Shown here in pieces: positions 26,201 through 40,295 of a DNA stretch of 64,000 nucleotides. The translations under genes and the position numbers were made by a program. The stretch's first letter is position 1, and each line of letters opens with the position of its first letter. The notes below the pieces were generated by a model. It was not told where the DNA came from, searched no databases, and saw only the letters and a program-made list of their open reading frames with translations. This stretch comes from Anolis carolinensis. Taxonomy: Eukaryota. The stretch covers positions 4,741,175 to 4,805,174 of the forward strand of contig NW_026943828.1 of NCBI RefSeq assembly GCF_035594765.1. The letters are read 5' to 3'.

Positions 26201-28083
26201 CACTTGCCTACTTTACACGGGATCCCCTGTATTTCTTTCGTGGATGCCTCCCCAGCAGCAACCGATCCGTCCAATCGCGCGAACGCAATCGGAGCTTTCA
26301 GTTCAGTTTGCTGGCATTTCAGCGCCTCCGCTAATTCTGGAGTTATAATGTTCCTAGAGCAGCCGCAATCCACGAATGCTCTACAGGTGGCTCGATTCTC
26401 TAGCCCTGATAGGCAGATAGGCACTACTATCATGCATTTGTCTTGACTCACCAGCTGCTCCGGGGGTTCTGGGGCTCGCACCTCCTCCTCCGCTCGTCTC
26501 CCGGCTGCTGGCGTGGGTTTTACGGCTTTGGGGGGCTCCCCCTTCCGGGCCCAACATTCTGCCGCCCGATGGCCCGTCTTTCCACACACAAAGCATCCTG
26601 TCTTGGGTTTGTTGTCGTCTCCTTTGGAGGGGATCCCGGGCCGCCCTCCTGGTCGCTCCTGCTTCCGCGTTTCTCCCCGACCCCTCGTTGCCGGTCGCTG
26701 CTGGGCGCCGCCGCTCCGAAAGCGCCTTACTTGGGACAGGGTGGATTCAACGCGCCCTGCCAATTGAATCCATCCCTGTAATGACTCCGGGTCATCTCTG
26801 TGCGCCGCCCAGCTGAATATCTCGGGGCGCAGTCCCTCTTTGAATATCTCCACTTTGGTCACTTCGGACCATTCTGGTACCCTTTCTGCGAGATGGAGGA
26901 ATTCTTCTGCATACTCGGGCACCGTTTTGTTCCTTTGTTTTATGACCTTAAGTTGATCACGGGCTCTTAATTGCTCCAGCGGGTCTCTGAAACGGTTCTC
27001 TAGCCCCAGGAATTGGGGCACTGACTTCAAGCACGGGTCGCGTCTGGCATGTAACTGCACATACCAGCTGGCCGCCCCCCTTTTTAGGGTATTACCAATG
27101 GCCCGAATCATGCTTCCTTCGGAGCGGAATGTGTGCGCATTGTCCTCCATGTATCCTCTGATGCCAATGAGGAAAAAGTTCAGCTCGGATGATTCCCCTC
27201 CGTATTCCAATTTGAGCTCCTCTCTCCTAGGCATCCATTCTGTGGCCCGTTGTCTCTGCATGGGTGGTCTGGGGAAGAGTTGCATCGGGTTCCCTTGGGC
27301 GGCCCCTTTGACCATGCCGCGCCCCAGCCCGGCGGTTGTTCCCCGCGGCTCTCAAAATTCTGCCGCTGCCATCGGCCCTTCCACCCATCTGAATGCGGGC
27401 CCTGCTGTAGCCCCCGCACCTCGCCTTCCTTCGTCGTACGGCGCATCCTCCCCATCTCCATGGATCTCCGGCTCCTCTTCGCCTTCCTCCGCCAACCCAC
27501 TGGACCCGATCCCTGGTCCCAGCGGCCTTTCAACCCCGACGCCCATTCGGGGGGTTGGGAGTCCTGTTGGAGTTGGCGGCCTCAGAGTTCCCAATGCTTG
27601 CTGGCGATCCACCTCGCGCGCCATCCTCTCTCGGAACTCCAGCTCCTGCCAGTACTCCTCGTCTCCGTCGCCGCCTGCCACCGCTGGGCTCTGCGTCGAT
27701 GCGCGCTGGCCCCTCTGGCTCCAAGCCTCGTCCTTACTCGGCTCTCTTTCGGCACCGTATCGAGTGGGCTCCCTCTGGAGATTCTCTTCCAACAGCGGCA
27801 CCAATCTTCCCACGGTTTCCGACAGCCTGGACAAGTTGGTCTCCAAGATGGACAACCGTAGGGCCACGGTCTCCGGCATGCTCCCTCCAGACCCCCAACT
27901 GGTCTCTGCAGCCGCCGAGACGCCTCTTCCTCCTCTAGGGATCCTCTGGGTCACTCTGTTAGGTCTGGGGTAGCCGGTAGAGGAAGCGATGGCTTGTAGC
28001 GTTTCCTCTCCCAGCGGCCGAACCTCTGGCAGGGGCCCCTCTGCCCCCTTCGGGCTCTGGTCGCCCCTTCCACTCATTGTCAC
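23267..28083 (-). pseudogene. gag-pol polyprotein, single reading frame with lesions
   Basis: ORFs 28083-27352 and 27315-24181 are in frame, separated by one TGA; CFVCGKTGHRAAEC, FVDCGC, FLDDILI, CDASD; frameshift at ~24215; TAG stops at ~24116 and 23561; ends after GPY/F with no chromodomain. Confidence 0.92.
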
Positions 28084-28130
28084 TTCACTGCGACTCCGCA
28101 GGAGGGTGAGAATGGGATTCTCGACTTAAA

Positions 28131-28484
28131 TGTCACGCTCACTTCAAACGACCAGCATGAACGCAGATCAAAGACAGCTGCTCTCAAAACCAATCTTTAT
28201 TGAAGAACACACGACTTGGAAAAAGTCGAGAATGACATAATGTTTACATACAACCACTTTTATTACCTTTGCTACTAGGTAACATCACACGTAAATATCA
28301 TCACCAAAACCCCACCCCCTGTATCACATTTCTACCATTTTCACACAAACTACTCATTATACTTGTTTACATTTTCACTCCACCAGTTCCCAGGCTGTGC
28401 TGCCAGGTGTTCCAGGAGCGCGCTTTGTTATGGCTCCAATTTCCAGAGCTTGCAGACTCAGCTCTGGGAATTGGCCCCATGACA
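28131..28484 (-). repeat. 5' LTR
   Basis: TATA-like TAATAAAAG ~28265-28257, AATAAA 28201-28196. Confidence 0.95.
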
Positions 28485-28659
28485 CCCCAGCATCCATTTC
28501 CACCTCAGGATCCCCACATAAATCCTGCTCAGAAGACTCCCCATCAGTCTCCCTGACCCTTTTCCTAAACAAATCCTCCAATGAGCCCTCCTCGCGAGGG
28601 CTTTTCCTTCCTCTCCTGATCCCACCACTATCATTCACAGTCTCTGAAGGCGCATTCAC

Positions 28660-29260
28660 AACAAGAATACTTTGAATACAGTAATAGAAACTCCAAATTA
28701 TTAGCCAAGGCAGCACACATTAGAAAGGAAAAAATTAATAACATCCATTAAAGACAAGGAAGGTAAGAATCATACAAGGATGGAAGACAAAATATTAACT
28801 TTTCCAAGATCATATCAAGAACTATACTTGGCAAAAGAAAACTCCAAAAGTAAAATAGAGGAATATATTGAGAAATATTGGAAAATAAAGATCCAGGAAA
28901 CAGATACATTAGTTATGGAACTAAGAGTATTAAAACAAATAAAATTAATTTATTTGCAGAAGATACCCATTTATCAGTGGAAAACCCAATACAACAATGG
29001 GGAAAAAATGAAAATTACCTAGAAGAATTTGGGAAAATTAAAAGTTTTGCAAATTAACTGGAACAAGTCAGAAGTGTAGTTATTTAATTATCACTAAGAA
29101 GAGATTTAAAAAATAAAACAGGAGGGGATAATTAAAATTAAAGACAATTAAGGATCTGGGAATAAATGTTATAGAGAATTAGAAGATTTAGATACTAATA
29201 ATTTTATTAAACTAAGAAAGGAAATAAATATACAATTATTAGAATATGCTAAACTCAAAT
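28660..29260 (+). mobile_element. Decayed L1-like ORF2 fragment
   Basis: Paralogous to 42250-43100, with an internal deletion. Confidence 0.65.
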
Positions 29261-29307
29261 TGATGTCTATTCCATGAAAAGCTCTGTCCACACTCCATGC
29301 ATTTCTA

Positions 29308-29421
<114 letters not shown>

Positions 29422-29472
29422 TCAACGTAGTTCTGAACTATGAGCAAAGCTCTGTCCACACTCCAGGCATTT

Positions 29473-31465
<1,993 letters not shown>

Positions 31466-31925
31466 CTCTAGAATCCAAAGTGAATGTAGGAATTCAGCAA
31501 GATCAGCCCCTTGAGAGGAATCCTTTTTCCTAGAGGCCTGGTTTCCTTACTGCACTTTGGTTTCCAAATGCCTTAATATCGACTAGAAGCTGGTTCGTTT
31601 CCCATCACGGCAGGGGTGGCTCCAGAGAACTCTCACGTCCTGGTCAAGAAAGAAGAAGCAAAAGGTTAGACATGAAGCCGCATACCTCTGGCTCAAGGTA
31701 AACAAAGCAAAAAGGGAAAGAAGAAAGGAAAGATGGAAGGGAGGAAACACAGAAGGACAGGATAAGAGAAGGAAGGAATCACGGAAGGAGGGAACTGAAC
31801 CCTTTCCCCATATTGGAGGGCCACACCCATTTCATTGGGTCAGACCCAAACGTGGTAAAAGGAACAGAAGGCAGGCAGGCAGGCAGAACTCCGTCCAGCA
31901 TTCAAGGGTGTAACATATTCTGGAT

Positions 31926-32651
31926 CAGGGGTCCCCAAACTAAGGCCCGGGGGCCGGATGCGGCCCTCCAAGGTCATTTACCTGGCCCCCGCCCTCAGTT
32001 TTATAATATAAGATTTTAATATCATTTTAATAATATAATATATTGTATATACATATAATATTGATAATAATCTTATGTTATACAATATAATACTAATAGT
32101 AATACCATATAATAATATTAATTATATGTTATATATTACATATAATATTACAGTATAGTGGTATAGTTCAATATAGTAATATATAATGCTAATATTGTGC
32201 TATGCTAATAATATAATATATTCTATGTACATACAGCTAGTCTGAGTCCCCTTCAGGGTGAGAAGGGCAGGATATAAATGTAATAAATAAATGTAGTAAA
32301 TGAATAAATAAATAATTTTAGACTTAGGCTCGCCCAAAGTCTGAAATGACTTAAGGCACACAACAACAACAACAACAATCCTTATTAACTTGACTATCTC
32401 ATTGGCCAGAAGCAGGTCCACACTTCCCATTGAAATCCTGATAGGGTTATGCTGGTTACAATTGTTTTCATTTTTAAATATTGTATTGTTCTTTCATTGT
32501 TGTTGTTGTTTTGCACTACAAATAAGACATGTGCAGTGTGCATAGGAATTTGTTCGTTTTTTCTTTTTCTTTTTCCAAATGATAATTTGGCCCCTCCACA
32601 GTCGGAAGGATTGTGGACCGGCCCTCGGCTTAAAAAGTTTGAGGAGCCCTG
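31926..32651. mobile_element. hAT MITE
   Basis: CAGGG TIRs, perfect 8-bp TSD TTCTGGAT. Confidence 0.92.
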
Positions 32652-33082
32652 TTCTGGATCCTGGGTTTCCGTGAATGACCAGCATTGTGCTAAATGCGCA
32701 AAGGAACAAGGATTTCTTTATGGATTCTGTCCTTATCTCCCCTGCCACAGGGACTCCCCACTCTGCTTCCTCGGCATCTCAAAGGGCCACTCCGGCCACA
32801 TTTCCCAAATGAATCTTCCAAACTAACAAGGACCTGCCTTTCCAACTGGCTCATTCACAACCACGTTCACAAATTGAGTCCATGCTGAACTAAGTTCCAT
32901 TCAGGCATTCATGCATTCCCTCGGTAGAGCCCATGATGAGATGGTATTCTATCTCCCCAAACTCTGGCACCCTCACATGGTTAAGGCAGATACAAAAGAA
33001 GGTTTCTAATGGTAACGAATATAATGAATATAATGAAAATAATATAGTGTAGTAAAATAACAGAAAATAAATTATAAAATAA

Positions 33083-33891
33083 CTAGCTGTGCCCAGCCAC
33101 GCGTTGCTGTGGCGAAGTATGGTGGTATGGGAAATAAAGTATTGAGGAATTGGTGGTAGTTAAGGTCAAGGGTCCCCTGGGCTGAGTGGGTTGCTAGGAG
33201 ACCAAGTGAACAGAGCTTAGCCTTCTAACTGGCAGCAATTGGATAAAAACAATTATTCCTCTCCCTCTAATTAGGACTTTATTTTTCTTTTCTTTTTGTT
33301 GTATTAACCTAGAGGCATGGATGAGGGGTTGTGTTGTCAAATTTCGAGGTTGGGGGTTGTTTACTTTTGTTGTTTTGTCCGCTGCCGTGATGCCATCACT
33401 CTTTTATATATATAGACTAGCTGTGCCCGGCCACGCATTGCTGTGGCAAAGTGGTGGTGGTATTGGTTAAAAATTGTTGTGTAATTTTTATTTGACGTTA
33501 TTTGCAATTTTTTAATTAATTTTATTGTAAGTTATATTTTTATTTATTATATTTTATTATTTTCTTGTATTACTTTTAGTTATTTTCTGTTATTATAGTA
33601 TTTTATTGTATTAATTTTTTAGTGTTTTTAATTATTTTTTAGTGTTTTTATTATTTTTTATTGGGTTGCTAGGAGACCAAGTTGGAGGAGCTTAGCCTTC
33701 TAACTGGCAGCAATTGGATAAAAACAATTATTCCTCTCCCTCTAATTAGGACTTTATTTTTCTTTTCTTTTTGTTGTATCAACCTAGAGGCATGGATGAG
33801 GGGTTGTGCTGGCAAGTTTCGAGGTTGTGGGGTGTTTACTTTTGTTGTTTTGTCCGCTGCCGTGATGCCATCACTCTTTTATATATATAGA
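33083..33891 (-). mobile_element. Helitron family A head-to-tail dimer (33891-33417 and 33416-33083)
   Basis: Two TC...hairpin-CTAG units joined directly. Confidence 0.88.
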
Positions 33892-34014
33892 TATAAATTT
33901 TAAAAAGTAGTATAATAATACAATAATATAGTAAAAATAACATAGTAAAACAACAAAAATAATAATAATAAATAATAAAATAAAGTAATAATGAATAACA
34001 TATATTCAAATATA

Positions 34015-34283
34015 TTCATCCGGAGTTTCGGGGTGCGGTGTCATCTGTACGCAGATGATGTCCAGCTCTGTCACTCCTTCCCACCTGTCACTCAGGAGGC
34101 TGTCCAGGTCATGAACCGGTGTCTGGCCGCTGTGTCGGACTGGATGAGGGCCAACAAATTGAAACTGAATCCAGACAAGACAGAGGTCCTCCTGGTCAGT
34201 CGCAAGGCCGAACAGGGAATAGGGTTACAGCCTGTGTTGGACGGGGTCACACTCCCCCTGAAGACACAGGTTCGCAGTCTGGG
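34015..34283 (+). mobile_element. L2-like LINE RT fragment
   Basis: HLYADDVQL...LKLNPDKTEVL. Confidence 0.85.
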
Positions 34284-34499
34284 TGTGAAGGCCCGCTGGG
34301 GGAAAATGGCTATCTCCAGGTCTGGCTACCCAAGCGGCTTTGGTTTACCTTATAATTATACCTCAAACCCCAAAGTAAATACTCTAGAAGCTGATTAAAG
34401 ATAACCAAAAATATGTTTATTGAAAACAGGAAACAGTCCTTTTCATGTATTAGAAATAATATGAAGTAAAATCACTGAAATTATACAGAAATAAAACTA

Positions 34500-34914
34500 C
34501 CCTGTTTCCCCTAAAATAAGACATCCCCAGAAAATAAGACCTAGTAGAGGTTTTGCTGAATTGCTAAATATAAGGCCTCCCCCGAAAGTAAGACCTAGCA
34601 AAGTTTTTGTTTGGAAGCATGCCTGCCAAACAGAACACCAGAGCATGCAGGATCGGTAAATGTACATACTATAAAGTGTTGTACATGGAAATATTAGTAA
34701 CAAGAAATTCTTGATAGGATTCACAGTTTGTCTGGTTATGCTGGTTTGTGATGGCAACTACTGTACAGTATATAATAAATGTTCATTTTTTGTTCAATAA
34801 TAAATGTGAATTCTTCTTCATGGAAAAATAAGACATCCCCTGAAAATAAGACCTAGTGCATCTTTGGGAGCAAAAATTAATATAAGACACTGTCTTATTT
34901 TCGGGGAAACACGG
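34500..34914. mobile_element. Tc1/mariner-pogo-type MITE
   Basis: TIR CCC/GTGTTTCCCC..AAAATAAGACA, TA TSD; empty site at ~59468. Confidence 0.9.
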
Positions 34915-35277
34915 TATACTGATTGAGAATGAAAGCTATAGAGACTATAAAGGATTAACACACAAGCTATGAGGAAAGGTAGGTACTATAGGGTAAGTAC
35001 AAGGCTATGATAAGCACTATCTATAATGACTTTAGTGGTAAATACCAGCTATAGTGAACTATCTATAACTCTGAGGTAAACCATAAGGTGATAAGCTATA
35101 AGGTAAGTACATAAGGTAAGTACAAGGTGAACTATAAGCTTTGCTATCTTTGAGGTAAATACCTAAAGCTATGATGTGACTATAAGGTAAGTACAAGGCT
35201 ATGAGGTAAACTGTAAGGTAAGTACATGGCTATGATGAACTCTATCTGTAATGGTAAGTATGAGGCTATGAGGTAAA

Positions 35278-36087
35278 TCTATATATATATAAAAGAGTGA
35301 TGGCATCACGGCACCGGACAAAACAACAAAACTACAGGCCCCCCAACCTCGAAATTTGACAACACAACCCATCATCCACGCCTCTAGGTTGATACAACAA
35401 AAAGAAAAGAAAAATAAAGTCCTAATTAGAGGGAGAGGAGTAATTGCTTTTATCCAATTGCTGCCAGTTAGAAGGCTAAGCTCCTCCAACTTGGTCTCCT
35501 AGCAACCCAATAAAAAATAATAAAAACACTAAAAAATAATTAAAAACACTAAAAAATTAATACAATAAAATACTATAATAACAGAAAATAACTAAAAGTA
35601 ATACAAGAAAATAATAAAATATAATAAATAAAAATATAACTTACAATAAAATTAATAAAAAAAATTGCAAATAACGTCAAATAAAAATTACACAACAATT
35701 TTTAACCAATACCACCACCACTTTGCCACAGCAACGCGTGGCCGGGCACAGCTAGTCTATATATATAAAAGAGTGATGGCATCACGGCAGCGGACAAAAC
35801 AACAAAAGTAAACACCCCACAACCTTGAAAATTGACAGCACAACCCCTCATACATGCCTCTAGGTTGATACAATAAAAAGATAAATAAATAAAGTCCTAA
35901 TTAGAGGGAGAGGAATAATTGTTTTATCCAATTGCTGCCAGTTAGAATGCTAAGCTCTGTTCACTTGGTCCCTTAGCAACCCACTCAGCCCAGGGGACCC
36001 TTGACCTTAACTACCACCAATTCCTCAATACTTTATTTCCCATACCACCACACTTCGCCACAGCAACGCGTGGCTGGGCACAGCTAG
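35278..36087 (+). mobile_element. Helitron family A head-to-tail dimer
   Basis: A|TC start, CTAG|TC junction at 35755/35756, CTAG|T end. Confidence 0.88.
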
Positions 36088-36331
36088 TACTATCTATAAT
36101 GACTGAATGGTAAGTACTATGTATGATGGTAAGTACACAAAGCTATGGTGGTAAGTACAAGGTGAACTATAAGCTTTGCTATCTTTGAGGTAAATACATA
36201 AGCTGTAAGGTAAGTACGTGATTTATGTGGCCTGTTTGAATTTGCCAGGTCAAAGAACCCAGACCAATTCTAAGACCTATCTCTAAGGTTTTTCTCTGGA
36301 ATGGCAATTGGAGGGGGAAAAGCCTCTAGAG

Positions 36332-36511
36332 CAGGGGTCCCCAAACGTTTTTAACAGGGGGCCAGTTCACGGTCCCTCAGACCATTGGAGGGCCGGATTA
36401 TAGTTTTTTTTAAAAAAAAGCTATGAACAAATTCCTATGCGTACTGCACATATCTTATTTTGAAGTAAAAACAAAAACAAAAAAGGAACAAATACAGTCT
36501 CAATGTTAATA

Positions 36512-36542
<31 letters not shown>

Positions 36543-37557
36543 TAATAAAGAGGGTTGGAAGAGACCCCTTGGGACATCTACTCCAACCCCCTTTTGCCTT
36601 TGTGCATCACATCATAATCAAAGCACCCCTGACAGATAGCCACCCAATAACAACAACAACAACAACACCATAATAAACATGGTTGGAAGAGACCCCTTGG
36701 GCCATAGAGTCCAACCCCTTTCTCCCTTTGTGAACCAAAACATAAAGCACCCCTGACCAACAACAACAACAACAACAACAATAATAATAATACACTAAAA
36801 ATCAGGGTTGGAAGAAATGGCTAGCCTTCAAGAAAAATGAATCCACGGCAGGCATCTTTCCCTCCTCTCTCGTTCTGTGCAGGCCTTCCTCAGCGGTAGC
36901 GAGGAGGAAAGGAGGAAAGGCCCACGCCTTTTCCTCGCCCCGTGAGGCCCTTCCTCGACAGCGGGAAAGGTGCGTGCGTGACGAGGAAATGGCATGCGCC
37001 TTTCTCACTTCTCTCACCCCACGCGCACCTTTCCCACTGCCTTCCTCGACGGCGGCAGCGGGAAAGCTGCCCGCGAGGCGAGGGAGGAAAGTCACATGCC
37101 TTTTCCTCGCCTCGTGCAGCTCTTCCTCGGCGGCAGCAGCAGCGGGAAAGGTGAGTGCAGGGCGAGGAAAAGCCATGCACCTTTCCTCCCTCACCCTGCG
37201 CTCACCTTTCCCGCGGCCTCCCTCAGCAGCGGCAGCGGGAAAGCGCCCCACGCAGCGGGGGAGGAATGCCTTTTCCTCCTCCCGTGCAGCCCTTCCTCGA
37301 TGATGGGAAAGCTGCCCCTGGGGTGAGGGAGGAAAGCTGCACACCTTTTCCTCGCCCCGTGCGGCCCTTCCTCAGCAGCGGCAGTGGGAAAAGTGCCTGT
37401 GGGGCGATGGAGATAAGAAAGGCATGTGCCTTTTCCTCCTTCTCCACACTACACGCACCTTTCTTGGCGGAGGAGGAAGGAGCCACCACCGCGGGGGGCG
37501 GATAAATGGCTCCGATGGGCCGGATGTGGCCCGCGGGCCGTACTTTGGGGACCCCTG
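36332..37557. mobile_element. Non-autonomous hAT with GC-rich internal repeats
   Basis: CAGGGGTCCCCAAA TIRs, perfect TSD CTCTAGAG. Confidence 0.92.
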
Positions 37558-38004
37558 CTCTAGAGATTAGCTCCCAGGCTGAACCATCTCATCCAAACCT
37601 CATCCAAGGGGAGTCCCAAGCTCCACCCCCAAAACATTCCTCCCAAGAACAGCAACCAGGAAATAAGCAAGGGAGGGAAAGCCAAGTAGGACAGCACAAT
37701 TACAAATAATAATATTAATAATAATATATTTCTTAGACCCCGCCTCCATCTCCCCAAGGGGACTCGGGGCGGCTTACGTGGGGACAAAGCCCTAAAAACA
37801 ACAGTGGACATAGGCATAAAAACAGTACAAGTTACAAAATTAAAATACATAACAAGAACCAAACCATTTTAAAACTTTAAGATAAAACACATAACATATC
37901 AATTAGACAGGGGAGTGAGGCTGTTTAGGATTACGTGGGAGGGGCTGACTTGAATAGTGAATAGTGAAACATGAATCGTGGAACCAGAGTGGGGTAAAGT
38001 GTTG

Positions 38005-39690
38005 CCCTGTTTTCCCGAAAATAAGACAGTGCCTTATATTAATTTTTGCTCTCAAAGATGTGCTAGGTCTTATTTTCAGGGGACGTCTTATTTTTCCACA
38101 GAGAAGAATTCACATTTATTTTTGAACAAAAAAATGAACATCTATATATATAATAAAAGTGAAATCGGAGTATGTATCAGCGTTTTGATTGGCCTGGCGG
38201 AATATGTGCTCGCGTTTTGATTGGCCTGGCGGAATATGTGCTCGCGTTTTGATTGGCCTGGCGGAATATGTCCTCACGTTTTGATTGGCCGCCACTATCC
38301 CAGGCCACTGAGACCAACAGGAATGACGGATCTGCACCAAACTTGGCACACTTCATCCCCACGATGCACTTTATGACCTGCTGCCATTTGGGGGAGGATG
38401 GACCACAGATGATGGGATTTGCAGTACTTTCAAACACTTGAACTCCCACAGACTACTGCAATGCCCACCAATGATAGAAATGGACCAAACTTGGCACACA
38501 GAACTCCTGTCGACCCCTTTACATCCTGATGTATATTGGGGCAGGATGGACCAAGGATGATGGAATTTGCAGTACCTTCCCTCACTTCTTGAGACCACAG
38601 CAACTGCCACAAATCACACAACTGAACCAAACCAGGCACACAGATCCCAAATGACACACTTCACATGCTGCAGCAGTTTGACGGAGGGTGGACCAAGGAT
38701 TATGGGATTTGCAGTACCTTCATCCAATTCACCTCCCACAAACCACTGTGATGCCCATGAATGACAAAACTGGATCAAACTTGACACGCAGGTGCAGGGT
38801 AGCCCACTTTACATCCTGGTGCAGTTTGGGGGAAGAGGGACCGTGGATGAGGGGACTTACAATATCTTCAGTCACTTCCTGGGACTACTGTGACCCCCAC
38901 CAATGACTGATCAAGACCAAACTTGGCACATAGAGCCACCATGGCCCACTCTACATCTTGGTGAGATTTGAAAGAGCTTGGACCTTGGATGATGGGACTT
39001 GCAGTATATTCATTCACTTCCTGAGACCACTGTCACCCCCATCAATGTCTCATCAAGACCAAACTTCAAACAGAGAACACCCATGACTCACTCTACACCC
39101 AGGTGCAGTTTGGAGGATGATGGACCATGGATGATGGGACTTCCAATACCCTCACTCACTTCCTGAGAGCACCGCGACCCACACAAATGACTGATCAAGA
39201 CCAAACATGGTACATGGAGCCCTCATGACCTATTCTACATACTGGCTCTGTTTGGAGGGGGATGGACACTGGACGATGGGACTTGCATATGGGAGTTGGA
39301 GCTCACCCGCACCCACTGAACCCAGCTGACATTGGATATAGGCTACACTTGGAACACAGGCAAACAAGGCCTTTCTCAAATGACCCGGGCATCGCCGGCT
39401 CTCCAAGCTAGTTTATTATATACTGTACAGTAAATGTCATCACAAACCAGCATAACCAAACTGTGAATTCTATCAAGAATTTCTTGTTACGACCGTTATT
39501 TCCATGTACAACAATCTATGGTACGTCCATTTACCAATCCTGCATGCTCTGGTGTTCTGTTCGGCAAGCATGCTTCCAAACAAAAACTTTGCTAGATCTT
39601 ACTTTCGGGGAAGGCCTTATATTTAGCAATTCGGCAAAACCTCTACTAGGTATTACTTTCCGGGGATGTCTTATTTTCAGGGAAACAGGG
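38005..39690. mobile_element. Tc1/mariner-pogo-type MITE split by a Helitron
   Basis: Inverted copy of the 34500-34914 family. Confidence 0.8.
38141..39411 (+). mobile_element. Non-autonomous Helitron family B
   Basis: A|TCTATATATAT start, CCGG-gcatcg-CCGG hairpin then CTAG|T; removing it restores the MITE sequence AATGAACA|TTTATTATA with no TSD. Confidence 0.9.
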
Positions 39691-39719
39691 CAGGAGACAG
39701 CAAGACGATTTGGACTGTA

Positions 39720-40244
39720 TGGTGAGTGCAGCTGATTATTCAAAAGCACATTCAAGCTTTTTGGGAATGTGGTTAGGGTGGGTGCTAGTCTGAGCTCCCT
39801 GGGGAGAGAGTTCCAGAGCCGGGGGGCCACCACGGAGAAGGCCCTCTCCCTCGTTCCCACCAACCACGTTTCAGATGGTGGTGGGAGTGAAAGGAGGGCC
39901 TCCCCGGAAGATCTGCGAGCCCACGCTGGTTTAAAGGGAGAAACGCGGTCACGAAGATAGACAGGACCCGAACCATTTAGGGCAGGGGTCCCCAAACTAA
40001 GGCCCGGGGGCCGGATGCGGCCCATCAAAGCCATTTATCCGGCCCCCACGGCACAAGGGCAGAATGGGGTTGGGCTAAATGACCCAAGAGGTCCCTTCTT
40101 CTCTTACAACCCTTATTATTATTATTATTATTATTAACATTGATTCTGGGTGGCTATCTGTCAGGGATGCTTTGCTTGTGCTTATGGTGCACAGAGGCAG
40201 AAGGGGGTTGGACTAAATGGCCCAAGAGGTCTCTTCCAACCCTC

Positions 40245-40295
<51 letters not shown>

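Larger units (their letters stand above)
22841..28484 (-). mobile_element. Near full-length Ty3/gypsy LTR retrotransposon (Tf1/sushi group), inactivated
   Basis: Two 354-bp TG...CA LTRs (22841-23194, 28131-28484; about 7 differences); gag with CCHC knuckle, PR, RT, RH, IN; PPT at ~23195-23225. Confidence 0.97.
34284..37698. mobile_element. Solo-LTR-like element copy 1 with nested MITE, Helitron dimer and hAT
   Basis: TGTG...CACA termini; collinear with 56762-64000; right flank ATTAC equals the left flank of copy 2. Confidence 0.65.

Noticed and set aside
23561-27354. APOBEC-type hypermutation explaining the gypsy stops
   Set aside because: Only three stops, compatible with ordinary transitions/CpG decay; no consensus available to test
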